Shown: positions 48,049-58,069, counted from the stretch's first letter. The stretch is DNA of 64,000 nucleotides from an uncultured Bdellovibrionales bacterium (GCA_964604195.1 CAZRXW010000001.1:2358-66357); one strand, 5' to 3'. The notes: generated by a model from the sequence alone, not told the origin. Numbers and translations are program-made.

Positions 48049-49950
48049 ATGATGCTGTTTTCAAAAAAATCAACGATAGCTACTTCCCACGAAATTGACG
48101 ATGCTGTACTTACTCTTACTGAGAAAGACACAGCTCGGCTTGAGTGGCCTCTTGATCGGCGACGGAGCACGTATTTTTTTGTTTTGGGAGTTTTGCTTCT
48201 CGGCGTGTTTGCTGGCCGTTTAGCGTATCTCAATTTGATTCGGGGAGGAGAGTATCAAACGATGGCACAGAGGAATAGCTTGCGCTCCTTGGTGTTGGTC
48301 GCACCACGAGGTATTATTTATGATCGATTTGGTGAACCACTCGTTCAGAATGAACCAAGCTTAGATGCAGTTATTGTTCCCAATGATCTTCCTCAGGATG
48401 CTACTCAGCGCAGCCAAGTGCTTGAGAGAGCAAAGGCCTTTTTTGAGCCAGAAACAGAATTGTGGGAATCTTTGGTGAAAAGATTGGAGGCCAAGAGCTT
48501 GCAACCAGTCCTTGTCCGCTCACATGTTGAACAGGGCTTGATTGTTAAATTTCTTACTGAACGAAAACAATTTCCTGGAGTTGTACTTATGAAAAGTGCA
48601 GAGCGGGAATATATTGATGGGAAAATTTTTTCTCATCTGCTCGGGTATGAGGGGAAAATACGTCCAGAAGAATATGCAGCGCTTAAGGATGAAGGATACC
48701 TGATGACTGATGCTATTGGTAAGCAGGGGGTGGAACGTAGTTATGAGTCAGATCTTCGTGGAGTTCATGGCAAACAACTTATTGAGGTTGATGCTCTTGG
48801 TGAAGTGAAAAAAGAGCTTGGTATGGTATCACCCCAAAAAGGAAATGATTTATTTCTGACGATTGATGCTGATTTACAGCGGGAGGCTTATCGGATAATG
48901 GAAGATTCACTCGGAAAAGCAAATCTCAGAAAAGGAGCCTTAATTGCACTTGATCCGCGCTCAGGAGCTGTTAGGACATTAGTGAGTTTCCCGAGCTATG
49001 ATAATAATTTATTTTCTGGTGGTATTTCTAGTGCTGCTTACGGTGAGCTTGCCAATAACCCTGATAAACCACTGTTTAATCGCTCTATCGCTGGTGAGTA
49101 TCCGCCAGGATCAATGATTAAACCAATCCTCGCTGGTGCGGCCTTAGCGGAAGGGATTGTTTCTCCTGAAACGAGTATTGAGAGCCGTGGTGGTATCCGG
49201 GTAGGCAGGTTTTTCTTTGGTGACTGGAAAGCCCATGGATTCACTGATCTGAGGCGGGCTATTGCCGTATCAAGTGACGTATATTTTTATTCAATTGGTG
49301 GCGGTTATGGCAATATTTCAGGGCTTGGCATTGATCGTATGAGACAGTATGAAGAGCGTTTTGGGTGGGGGGGGAAAACAGGTATTGATCTCCCCGGCGA
49401 GCAAGACGGTTTTCTCCCTACTCCGAAATGGAAGGAAGATCGTTTTGGAGAACGTTGGTATATTGGTGATGATTATAACTCGTCGATCGGTCAGGGGTAT
49501 GTAACAGCTACACCGCTGCAGGTGGTCAACGCTACAGCAGCTATTGCTAATGGCGGAGTATTGTATCAACCCCGGGTGGTTGAAGCTGTTCAGTCTGGTG
49601 GTGAGCAGTTAAAAAAGACTTCTATTATCACGAATGAAAAAATTCTCTCTTCGGATATTTTGCGGATTGTTCGAGAAGGGATGCGAGAAACAGTTACAGA
49701 AGGAACAGCTCAGTCGCTGAATGATTTACCGGTAGCGGTGGCTGGGAAGACGGGGACAGCTCAGTTTGGCGGAGAGAAGCAGACGCATGGTTGGTTTACT
49801 TCTTTTGCTCCCTACGAAGATCCAGAGCTAGCGGTGGTGGTCTTGGTGGAAGACCAGCCAGAGGAGTCGACATACCATGCTGTCCCAATTACCAGAGCTC
49901 TCTATCAGTGGTACTTTGAAAACCGAAAAAATGGCCAAAATAAGCCATAA
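48049..49950 (+). CDS. mrdA: Penicillin-binding protein 2
   Basis: APRGIIYDR, YPPGSMIK, SSD, IGQG, KTGTAQ; follows mreBCD. Confidence 0.95.
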   Translation: MMLFSKKSTIATSHEIDDAVLTLTEKDTARLEWPLDRRRSTYFFVLGVLLLGVFAGRLAYLNLIRGGEYQTMAQRNSLRSLVLVAPRGIIYDRFGEPLVQNEPSLDAVIVPNDLPQDATQRSQVLERAKAFFEPETELWESLVKRLEAKSLQPVLVRSHVEQGLIVKFLTERKQFPGVVLMKSAEREYIDGKIFSHLLGYEGKIRPEEYAALKDEGYLMTDAIGKQGVERSYESDLRGVHGKQLIEVDALGEVKKELGMVSPQKGNDLFLTIDADLQREAYRIMEDSLGKANLRKGALIALDPRSGAVRTLVSFPSYDNNLFSGGISSAAYGELANNPDKPLFNRSIAGEYPPGSMIKPILAGAALAEGIVSPETSIESRGGIRVGRFFFGDWKAHGFTDLRRAIAVSSDVYFYSIGGGYGNISGLGIDRMRQYEERFGWGGKTGIDLPGEQDGFLPTPKWKEDRFGERWYIGDDYNSSIGQGYVTATPLQVVNATAAIANGGVLYQPRVVEAVQSGGEQLKKTSIITNEKILSSDILRIVREGMRETVTEGTAQSLNDLPVAVAGKTGTAQFGGEKQTHGWFTSFAPYEDPELAVVVLVEDQPEESTYHAVPITRALYQWYFENRKNGQNKP

Positions 49951-49959
49951 ATGTGAGCC

Positions 49960-49988
49960 TTGACACTCGCTCGGGGGTCTTGTATGAT
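49960..49988 (+). promoter_or_regulatory. Sigma70 promoter of greA
   Basis: TTGACA-17 bp-TATGAT. Confidence 0.65.
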
Positions 49989-50071
49989 GGGTGGCATCGT
50001 GTATCAAAGTTTTGCTAAGGGCAGCAAAATATCTAAAACACAATCGTACTAAGTTGATAATTCTATCTGTC

Positions 50072-50527
50072 ATGTCAAAAGTATTTACCGAAGAGGGTTT
50101 GAAGAAACTCGTGACTGAACTCGAGGAGCGAAAATCAGTGGTTCGTCAGGAAATTGCTGAGGCTATCAAGGAGGCCAAGGAACAGGGTGATCTTTCAGAA
50201 AATGCTGAATATAGTGAAGCTAAGCGTCGACAGAATGAAAACGAGATGCGTATTGCCGAGCTTGAGGCTGAACTCAAAGAGTCAGTGGTGGCTGCTCCTG
50301 TAAAAAAATCTTCAACAGTACAAGTAGGTTCTAAATTAACTGTGAAGGTGCAGGGAAAGGAAGTGAACTTTGAAATTGTTGGTTCCAATGAGGTTGATCC
50401 AAGCAAGGGACTTATCTCGAGCGAGTCGCCTCTCGGTAAAGAGTTCATGGGTAAAGGGAAAGGTGATACGGTGACCCTCAATGCTCCTGCTGGTACCGTA
50501 AAGTATGAGATTCTTGCAGTAAAATAA
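50072..50527 (+). CDS. greA: Transcription elongation factor GreA
   Basis: GDLSENAEY, ISSESPLG. Confidence 0.96.
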   Translation: MSKVFTEEGLKKLVTELEERKSVVRQEIAEAIKEAKEQGDLSENAEYSEAKRRQNENEMRIAELEAELKESVVAAPVKKSSTVQVGSKLTVKVQGKEVNFEIVGSNEVDPSKGLISSESPLGKEFMGKGKGDTVTLNAPAGTVKYEILAVK

Positions 50528-50533
50528 GAAAGC

Positions 50534-50560
50534 AGCCGGGGCAACCCGGTTTTCTTTTTT
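50534..50560 (+). terminator. Intrinsic terminator after greA
   Basis: GCCGGG-gcaa-CCCGGT followed by T run. Confidence 0.75.
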
Positions 50561-50634
50561 GATGCACTAGAGAGAGTTTTTGCTTGCAGGAGCGCTCAAA
50601 AACCGATAGAGTGATGACATATATATTTGGATCT

Positions 50635-52128
50635 ATGCGTGAAGATATTCTTGAAACGAAACGTGAAAAGCTGACCAAACTGATAGAGGCTCGTGGCACG
50701 GCGTATCCTGAAAAGGCTGAACGTACTCATGAAGTGAGTCAGCTGCTGGATCAGTTTGATGCCCTCAATGGCACTGAAGAAAAAGTATCCATAGTTGGGC
50801 GAGTACGATCACTTCGAGTAATGGGCAAGATCGCTTTTGCTCATATTGAAGATGGGACGGGCAAGATGCAGGGATTTTTTTCTGAAGAAATGCTCGCACC
50901 TGTTGAGATGCCGAGTGATAAAAGTTCTTTTGCGCTTTTTAAAGAAACAGTTGAAATTGGAGATTTTCTTTCTATTACCGGAACAGTTTTTGAAACGAAT
51001 CAAAAGGAAAAAAGTATTCGGGTAGAGACATGGCAGATGCTTTCCAAATCTCTCTTGCCACTTCCGGCTGAATTTTATGGACTCAAGGACGAAGAGCAGC
51101 TTCTTCGGAGGCGCTATCTTGATCTCGTCATGAATTCCGAAACTCGTGAACTGTTCCGAAAGAAAAATAAATTTTGGCAGACGGTGCGGCAGTATCTCTC
51201 AAAGGAAGACTTTCTTGAAGTGCAAACCCCGGTTCTCGAACATATCCCCGGTGGAGCTGAGGCTGAACCATTTGTGACGCATCACAATGCTCTCAATCAG
51301 GATTTCTATCTACGTATTTCGCTGGAGCTTCCGCTGAAGAGGTTACTGGTTGGCGGATATGAACGGGTGTTTGAAATTGGTCGGGTATTCCGCAATGAGG
51401 GTATCGATCGAGAGCATCTTCAGGAGTTTGATCACATGGAGTTTTATTGCGCCTATACTGATTTTGAAACTGGCTGTGCCATGGTTGAAGATCTCTATCG
51501 AGAGGTCGTACGTTCAGTGGCAGGCGAGGCGCTGGTAACTACTTTTGAGGGAGAAACAATCAATTGGAGCAAGCCCTTTCCTCGAGTTGATTATTTTACC
51601 GAGTTCAAGCTCGAAACGGGTATTGATCTTTCCGGTGAAGTAACCGTCGAAATGCTCCGAGCTAAAGCTGATAAGCTTCATATCAAGTACGAACTGAATG
51701 CTGGGAAGGGACGACTTATTGATACGATTTATAAGAAAACAGTACGACAGAAACTTATCCAACCCTGCATTCTTGTGGGTCATCCGGTGGAGGTGTCGCC
51801 CCTGGCCAAGCTTGATCCTAAGAATTCTCGTCGGACGCTTCGGATGCAGCCGATTGCCGGGAAGAGCGAACTGGGGAACGGATTTGCCGAACTTAATGAT
51901 CCGATTGACCAGCGAGCTCGGTTTGAGGCACAGATGAAACTTCGTGAAGCAGGCGATCATGAGGCACAGATGATTGATGAAGATTTTCTGGAGGCACTTG
52001 AATATGGTATGCCACCTGCTTTTGGTTTTGGCATGAGTGAGCGACTCTTTGCGATTCTTATGGATCGTTCTATCCGTGAGACAGTCATTTTCCCGCCGAT
52101 GAAGAGCTTGTCAGGGGAGGGAAAGTAG
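50635..52128 (+). CDS. lysS: Lysine--tRNA ligase (class II)
   Basis: RRRYLDL, GGAEAEPFVTHHN, FRNEG, ELNDP.DQ, YGMPP. Confidence 0.97.
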   Translation: MREDILETKREKLTKLIEARGTAYPEKAERTHEVSQLLDQFDALNGTEEKVSIVGRVRSLRVMGKIAFAHIEDGTGKMQGFFSEEMLAPVEMPSDKSSFALFKETVEIGDFLSITGTVFETNQKEKSIRVETWQMLSKSLLPLPAEFYGLKDEEQLLRRRYLDLVMNSETRELFRKKNKFWQTVRQYLSKEDFLEVQTPVLEHIPGGAEAEPFVTHHNALNQDFYLRISLELPLKRLLVGGYERVFEIGRVFRNEGIDREHLQEFDHMEFYCAYTDFETGCAMVEDLYREVVRSVAGEALVTTFEGETINWSKPFPRVDYFTEFKLETGIDLSGEVTVEMLRAKADKLHIKYELNAGKGRLIDTIYKKTVRQKLIQPCILVGHPVEVSPLAKLDPKNSRRTLRMQPIAGKSELGNGFAELNDPIDQRARFEAQMKLREAGDHEAQMIDEDFLEALEYGMPPAFGFGMSERLFAILMDRSIRETVIFPPMKSLSGEGK

Positions 52129-52145
52129 GATACAACGGGAAAGTA

Positions 52146-52219
52146 GGTCGCATAGTTCAGTTGGTTAGAACGTTCGATTCACATTCGAAAGGTCCCTGGT
52201 TCGAGTCCAGGTGCGACCA
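52146..52219 (+). tRNA. tRNA-Val(CAC), CCA not encoded
   Basis: Acceptor GGTCGCA/TGCGACC, D arm GTTC/GAAC, anticodon arm TTCGA-tt CAC at-TCGAA, T arm CCTGG-ttcgagt-CCAGG. Confidence 0.95.
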
Positions 52220-52250
52220 CAACAGTCTAACGGGGCAGGCATTGCAGGGG

Positions 52251-52297
52251 TCGGTGGTTCCCTGCCCGCCTCTGGAGGGGAGTCCAGGTGCGACCAC
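52251..52297 (+). repeat. Duplicated tRNA-Val 3' end with T-loop insert
   Basis: GAGTCCAGGTGCGACCAC at 52203-52220 and 52280-52297; preceded by TGGTTC plus a 19-nt GC-rich insert. Confidence 0.8.
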
Positions 52298-52395
52298 TAG
52301 ATTTTTAGAGTAAGTACTGAGAAGTGGTACCCCTTGCTGTTTGGGCGTGTGGCCCACTTATTGTTTTTACAACCAATTTTTCAGTATTATTTTTT

Positions 52396-54714
52396 ATGAA
52401 GGAGCAGATACTTCCTCCATCTTCCTCTCCAGAGAGTGTTTCCAAAAAACAAGAGCTCACCACGAGTCGAGAAGAGCTCATGGCTGATAAGTTAGGACAT
52501 TATCAGGCGCTGAAGACATCAGTACAGGAGATATTTGGGACTGTAGAGATTCCTGAAAGTATTCGGGATAAAGTGCTTGGGCTTCGCCAGGAGATCAAAC
52601 AGGCGATTTCGGAATCAGAGTATCTGGATACGTTTGACGCTCGTATTGAAAAAGAAATTGCTGGACTTACGGAGGTGATATTGGCCTATCAAGTCCCTCA
52701 AGGGAATATTATGGGTTTGGATGAGCGTGCAGTGCAGAAAGAAGCTTTGATTGATTCTCTGCGACTGTATCTTGATTCCTATCGTCTTGCACATAATGCT
52801 GCTCACTTTCGAAAGAATGTGGCAGATCTTCAAGATGATATCCTCAAGGAGCATCAGGCGAGAAGTTTAAACTTTTATGCAGAGGATGAGAAACAATCCG
52901 TGTTAGCTGACCGTGTATTCAAAAAGTACGAAACTGCTGGATTTACCAAGGAGGAAATTGCTGAACTCGTGGCGACGTGCCATCTTGAGCGATTGGATGC
53001 ATTAGAAATTCAAGATCTAAAAATTATTGAGAAAATTGGCAGCATTTTTTCTCGTTTCATGGGTGGTGACAAGACCCGCTATGTTGGTCTCTCGGCGGCT
53101 CTGATGGTGCCGGCTGTGATTGAGGGTTATGCTCCCTCTGTTCTCGCAGATGCTTTTCGAGAGAATAGTATTGATTTGACGCAGGTAGGCTTGTTTGCCC
53201 TCCTGACTTCGGTGGCGGCTGGTGGATCAGCCTTTCTTCAAAAGCGATTCAAAGAATTTCTTGATAAAAATTTTGCTAAAGAAGATGGTTTTGGCCAGTA
53301 CATCGCCGAAGGGGTAGCTGAATTTCCTGGGACGGAAATTGGTACTTTTGGTGCCGAGAAAATAAAGCGTCGGTTGGCAGAGTCCAAATCAAGTTATGAA
53401 CGTATATTACGAAAAATAAGTTTTGATATTGTTCCAGCCGCTGTGACCTTGGCCACGAGTGCTGCGGTTTTGTATCAGCGTAGCCCTGCACTCGCTGCTG
53501 GTACAGTGGTGGGGACAGGCATGATGATGGCCGTCGATCATTATGTTCATAAAAAAGGGAAATTTTGGGATAAGCGTCGGCGAGCCAAGGAAGAAGCGGA
53601 GCAGGTAAGTGAAAAAATGAGCGAGTTGCTCAATGCTCATATGGAGGTGATCCTCTCTGGAGAAAAAGATCGTTTTGCTGCGGATATGGAGGATCTTCTC
53701 GCAAAAGAACGCGTGGCGCTCTCTGATAAGACTTTTATGGACGTGGTTCGTGACAGGGTCGGGGAAATAACGCAAATGGTTAATTTTGTTATCGCTGCCA
53801 TGGCGGCCTATATTGCTGGTGGCACTTCCGATAAGTTTATCGCAGCACTGATGTATTCGGGCCGGTTTCATGAAGGGATAGCCATGATGCTGAGCGCCAA
53901 ACAGGATCTATTAGATTCACTTCGTGACATCGTCCAAATGGAGGTCATGTTTAATGGGTATGCTGCCGAGGAGAAAGAGAAAGATCGAGTGGGCATGAGT
54001 TCACTCGAGCATCAAGATATCCTCCTTTCAGGTGTTGGGGTAACCTTTGGCGAGAAACAGATTCTTGATTCTATCGATGTGACTATCCCCAGCGGCTCGT
54101 TTGTTTCTCTTGAGGGTATATCGGGATCGGGAAAAACAACACTACTGAAAGTATTGGCGGGGTATTATCGACCAACCGCGGGCGAAGTGACTCTTGGTGG
54201 ACAAAACATGGAAAATCTGAAAAAGAGTGGTCCAGACTCTGTTTATAGTAAAATAGCGTATCTTTCGCAATTTCCTTACATAGTGGAGGGTGATGTTCGA
54301 TCAAATCTCACTTTTGGAATTCAGGGTGACGTGAGTGATGATGAGATTCAGGAGGTGTTACAACAGGTGGGGTTAAGCGCTCGATTTTCCAATCTGAGAG
54401 AAAAACTTGTTGGAGGACGAGGTGATATGGGAACTGCTTCTGGCGGTGAAACTTCTCGTATTGGACTAGCAAGGACCCTACTCAAGATGCGAAAAAATGG
54501 AGCCAAGATTGTATTTTTGGATGAACCAACCGCTTCAGTTGATGAAAAAACAGCTACGGAAATAGCCAAGATTCTTAATGAGGAGAAAAAAAGAGACCAC
54601 GGAGTAACCTTTATTGTTATTAGTCACGATAAACATTTTCGTGAACAACTTGAGACGACGCAGATAGTCCAGCTTGGACATGGAAAACTTATGGAGGATA
54701 GTCCTGCGGCCTAA
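52396..54714 (+). CDS. Fused ABC exporter (TMD plus NBD) with long N-terminal extension
   Basis: TM region, GISGSGKTT, SGGETSRIGLAR, FLDEPT, ISH. Confidence 0.85.
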   Translation: MKEQILPPSSSPESVSKKQELTTSREELMADKLGHYQALKTSVQEIFGTVEIPESIRDKVLGLRQEIKQAISESEYLDTFDARIEKEIAGLTEVILAYQVPQGNIMGLDERAVQKEALIDSLRLYLDSYRLAHNAAHFRKNVADLQDDILKEHQARSLNFYAEDEKQSVLADRVFKKYETAGFTKEEIAELVATCHLERLDALEIQDLKIIEKIGSIFSRFMGGDKTRYVGLSAALMVPAVIEGYAPSVLADAFRENSIDLTQVGLFALLTSVAAGGSAFLQKRFKEFLDKNFAKEDGFGQYIAEGVAEFPGTEIGTFGAEKIKRRLAESKSSYERILRKISFDIVPAAVTLATSAAVLYQRSPALAAGTVVGTGMMMAVDHYVHKKGKFWDKRRRAKEEAEQVSEKMSELLNAHMEVILSGEKDRFAADMEDLLAKERVALSDKTFMDVVRDRVGEITQMVNFVIAAMAAYIAGGTSDKFIAALMYSGRFHEGIAMMLSAKQDLLDSLRDIVQMEVMFNGYAAEEKEKDRVGMSSLEHQDILLSGVGVTFGEKQILDSIDVTIPSGSFVSLEGISGSGKTTLLKVLAGYYRPTAGEVTLGGQNMENLKKSGPDSVYSKIAYLSQFPYIVEGDVRSNLTFGIQGDVSDDEIQEVLQQVGLSARFSNLREKLVGGRGDMGTASGGETSRIGLARTLLKMRKNGAKIVFLDEPTASVDEKTATEIAKILNEEKKRDHGVTFIVISHDKHFREQLETTQIVQLGHGKLMEDSPAA

Positions 54715-54745
54715 ATTTTGTGTATAGGCAGAAATACATGGGAGT

Positions 54746-55090
54746 ATGAAAATCGTCTTTTTGGCTGGGCCGTACCGCGGCCGTGGCGAACCCGGGGAAA
54801 TCGAGCGCAATATCGCGCAGTCGGCCAAATTTCAGGCGGCACTGGCGCATGCGGAAATGGTCGCGTATAGTCCCAATATTCATGATGCTCATTGGGAGAC
54901 CCTCAATGGCGGGAGTGAAGCGGCTGCCAAAACATTGCGTGCTTTTACCGAATGGGTGTTTGCAGAATGTGTGACAGCATTGGCGGTTATGCCTGGTTGG
55001 GAGACCTCGACTGGCACCCAAAAAGAAATTGCGTCTGCTCGAGAGCGAGGTATCCCGATTTTTTTTTCCTCCAGAATCCAGATGATCTGA
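54746..55090 (+). CDS. Nucleoside 2-deoxyribosyltransferase-like (DUF4406/DUF1937-like) protein
   Basis: VFLAGPY, MPGWETSTGTQKE..A..RGIPIF; T9 tract at 55059-55067 may frameshift the C-terminus (alternative stop near 55119). Confidence 0.7.
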   Translation: MKIVFLAGPYRGRGEPGEIERNIAQSAKFQAALAHAEMVAYSPNIHDAHWETLNGGSEAAAKTLRAFTEWVFAECVTALAVMPGWETSTGTQKEIASARERGIPIFFSSRIQMI

Positions 55091-55240
55091 CTGAACTTTT
55101 GGCTTGGTATCAATCGTAGGTATCAAATAGTTGCCCCGCACTCCTTTTCATGGTATGAAAGAGGGGCTCTTTGACAATTCCGATGACAATAAAGTCAAGG
55201 AAAAAATCTTCCACAACCCATTACATGATGGAGGTCAGCG

Positions 55241-56428
55241 ATGGCGCAACCTATCCGTAGTTCTGCATTTGATCATGGGCAAGGTCCTTTTGAGCCCCTC
55301 TTGCGGCGCTATGGCGCGAACTTTCATCGGCTCTACGGTGAGCAGGGGATGGCGGTACTCCGTCAAAACGGTTACATCTTCATGGGTGACAGTCGTACAC
55401 CTGGTACTCGTTGGGCGCCGCCCTGGAACCCTACCAGAGTGTTGACGGTACCGTACAACGGGAAGCCGGTTATCTGGCGCAATGAGTGCCCGCACAACAA
55501 GAAGCGACTGGTTCAACCGACGGCCATGCCTGTCTCGGTGAACTTTGGTCAGCCGATCGTCTGCGGATTCCACCACCTGAGTTTCAACCAAGCTGGAGTC
55601 ATTCGTGGCTGTGGCCGGATGGAACTAGCGGTGGGGGCTTTGCCCGTGGATCGCTGTGAAGAGTCACCGCATTACGAGTGGCAGGGGCTGGTGTTTGAGT
55701 TGGGCCAGAATGCCGATCGAGCAGAAGAGCGGCTACGCCAGAGCCTGGCTTTCGCTACGGAGGCAGGTGAAGGGCTGTTCGATTTCACCGACTACGTTCC
55801 TCACTGCTCGGTTGAGGCTCTCCAACGAGCTGATGCCCTTATGTCGATCGTCAATTACCTCGACATCCGGCATATCCCGAGTCACAAGGGCACCCTGGCG
55901 CCATTCGTCAATACGAACGACTACACGCATCGCGGGAGCGATGCCGGTGTGATCCAGTTCATGGGTCTCAATCCCAGCTTCCTCAGCGAACACCCCCTGG
56001 GAAAGCTCTATGTCCAGTCTGGACTCGGAGCTCTCAGGTACGGGGCAGCGTGGCTCACGACCCCAGAAGGACTCATGATCGAGTGGTATCCAGGGGTGCT
56101 GGTCGTCAGTCAGTGCTTCCCACATCCACTCGACCCGATGGCCTGTATCTTCCACCACCTGTTCTACTACCACCGGGCAGTACTGAGGCTCATGGATGAT
56201 GATCCAGCGAATCCGTACTCCTATGTTCGTGCCCACCAACCTGTCTTCAAGGGGACCGGTGACGAGGATGAGCTGTGGTGTAGCGAAGCCACAGCTAATC
56301 TCGTAGCGATGGCAGCTGAAGGTCGAGGAGGAGAAGAGTGGGGCTTCTTTGACCCGGCTCAGGAGAACTATGGCCGTTGGTACTACCAGATGGCTGAGAA
56401 GCGTCTTCGCGAACTGGTTGGATGCTGA
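55241..56428 (+). CDS. Rieske non-heme iron oxygenase alpha-subunit-like protein
   Basis: NECPH..CGFH Rieske ligands; NYLDIRHIPSH and C-terminal EDELWC resemble the mononuclear Fe site. Confidence 0.8.
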   Translation: MAQPIRSSAFDHGQGPFEPLLRRYGANFHRLYGEQGMAVLRQNGYIFMGDSRTPGTRWAPPWNPTRVLTVPYNGKPVIWRNECPHNKKRLVQPTAMPVSVNFGQPIVCGFHHLSFNQAGVIRGCGRMELAVGALPVDRCEESPHYEWQGLVFELGQNADRAEERLRQSLAFATEAGEGLFDFTDYVPHCSVEALQRADALMSIVNYLDIRHIPSHKGTLAPFVNTNDYTHRGSDAGVIQFMGLNPSFLSEHPLGKLYVQSGLGALRYGAAWLTTPEGLMIEWYPGVLVVSQCFPHPLDPMACIFHHLFYYHRAVLRLMDDDPANPYSYVRAHQPVFKGTGDEDELWCSEATANLVAMAAEGRGGEEWGFFDPAQENYGRWYYQMAEKRLRELVGC

Positions 56429-56482
56429 CCCTGCTTTCCTTGATGAAGGTCTCGCCCGGTGCAGCTGCACTGGGCGGGACAT

Positions 56483-56525
56483 GCCACCATACCGATGCAT
56501 ATTGGTGTGGTGGCTTTGCTTTTTA
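56483..56525 (+). terminator. Intrinsic terminator
   Basis: GCCACCATACCGAT..ATTGGTGTGGTGGC 14-bp stem followed by T-rich run. Confidence 0.7.
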
Positions 56526-56579
56526 TAGGGGAATTCCCTATGCTATACATATTGCTTTTGAACCAAAGTCATTTTTCTT

Positions 56580-57902
56580 ATGCTTGATATCCAATATATC
56601 CGTGACCACGTTGATGAGGTGAAACAGGCCGTTAAAAATAAGCGGCTGACTCTGGATGTAGATACACTCTTGGCAGCTGATCAAGATCGACGCAAGCTTC
56701 TTCAAGAAATTGAGGAACTCCAATCACTCAAAAATGATATCAATGACCTTATTCATGGCGCCAAGACGCCTGAAGAGCGAACTGAAGTAATTGCCAAGGG
56801 CAAAGAAATCAAAGCCAAGCTTGATGAACGCGAGCCGCTTCTTTTGGCCGCTAAAGCCAAATTTGAGGGACTCATGGTCCAGGTGCCGACAGTGCCATCA
56901 TCTGATACACCAGTGGGGGCGAGTGATGCTGATAATGTTGAGATAGGGAAATATGGCGAGCTGCCGCAGTTTGCTTTCTCTCCCAAGACTCATATCGAAC
57001 TCGGAAAAGATTTGGATATTCTTGATTTGGAGCGAGGAGCTAAGGTATCGGGGTATCGGGGTTATTACGTGAAGAATGAAGGAGTACTCCTCATCATGGG
57101 GGTCATGCTTTATGCGGTGCAGAAATTGGTATCCAAAGGATATCTCCCGATGATTCCACCGACTCTCGTGAAAGGTTTTCCACTTTTTGGTTCAGGGTAT
57201 TTCAAGGGACTTTCTTATGATAGTTCTATTGATGAAATTTATGAGGTAGCTACTCATGACAAAGAAAGTGATGGCAGTGTGAGTAAGGAAGAAAAATTTC
57301 TCGTAGGGACAGCTGAACCATCACTCCTCGCATACTACAGCGGTGAAGTATTGGATGGTGCGAAACTTCCTCTGCGATTGGCTGGCTACAGTCAATGCTA
57401 TCGGAGTGAAATCGGTAGTTATGGCAAAGATACCAAGGGCATGTATCGGGTGCATGAATTTATGAAGGTAGAGCAGGTAATTTTGGCCCCTGCTGATCGA
57501 GAGCTTGCCACACGGCTTCAGGATGAGATGATAGCTATTTCCGAGGAAATGCATCGAGAACTCGGCCTTCCGTATCGCAAAATCCAAATTTGTACCGGCG
57601 ATATGAGTGCTGGGAAATACCGAGCCTTTGATCTCGAAGCCTGGATGCCAGGTATGAACCGCTATGGTGAGACGGGGTCGGCCAGTAACTTTCTTGATTG
57701 GCAATCACGCCGCCTCAATGTGAAATATACTGATCCCGAGACGGGCGAGAAGAAATACGTTTATATGCTCAATAATACTGCTCTCCCGAGCCCACGCATT
57801 TTCATTGCGTTGCTCGAAAACTATCAGCAGGCTGATGGGAGTATTCTGGTACCCGAGGTACTGCGGCCTTTTGTTGGAAAGGAGAGAATTGAGAAAAAAT
57901 AA
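56580..57902 (+). CDS. serS: Serine--tRNA ligase
   Basis: MLDI..IR, coiled-coil arm, GTAEP, CYRSE.G, RVHEF.KVEQ, LLENYQ. Confidence 0.97.
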   Translation: MLDIQYIRDHVDEVKQAVKNKRLTLDVDTLLAADQDRRKLLQEIEELQSLKNDINDLIHGAKTPEERTEVIAKGKEIKAKLDEREPLLLAAKAKFEGLMVQVPTVPSSDTPVGASDADNVEIGKYGELPQFAFSPKTHIELGKDLDILDLERGAKVSGYRGYYVKNEGVLLIMGVMLYAVQKLVSKGYLPMIPPTLVKGFPLFGSGYFKGLSYDSSIDEIYEVATHDKESDGSVSKEEKFLVGTAEPSLLAYYSGEVLDGAKLPLRLAGYSQCYRSEIGSYGKDTKGMYRVHEFMKVEQVILAPADRELATRLQDEMIAISEEMHRELGLPYRKIQICTGDMSAGKYRAFDLEAWMPGMNRYGETGSASNFLDWQSRRLNVKYTDPETGEKKYVYMLNNTALPSPRIFIALLENYQQADGSILVPEVLRPFVGKERIEKK

Positions 57903-57973
57903 AAGATGAACGGTCTTGTCTTCGGGGCTTGCCGTCTCTCCTTTTTTATTGTAGGTTAAGGATTGTATTAGAT

Positions 57974-58049
57974 GGGTGCGTAGCTCAGTCGGTAGAGCAG
58001 TGGCCTTTTAAGCCAACGGTCGAGGGTTCGATTCCCCCCGCACCCACCA
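57974..58049 (+). tRNA. tRNA-Lys(TTT)
   Basis: Acceptor GGGTGCG/CGCACCC, GCTC/GAGC D arm, ct TTT aa loop, GGTTCGATT T loop, encoded CCA. Confidence 0.95.
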
Positions 58050-58069
58050 TACTTATTTTTTGAAATGAG

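Noticed and set aside
55059-55067. T9 tract as a phase-variation switch
   Set aside because: Affects only the last residues of a small protein and cannot be told from a homopolymer error without reads
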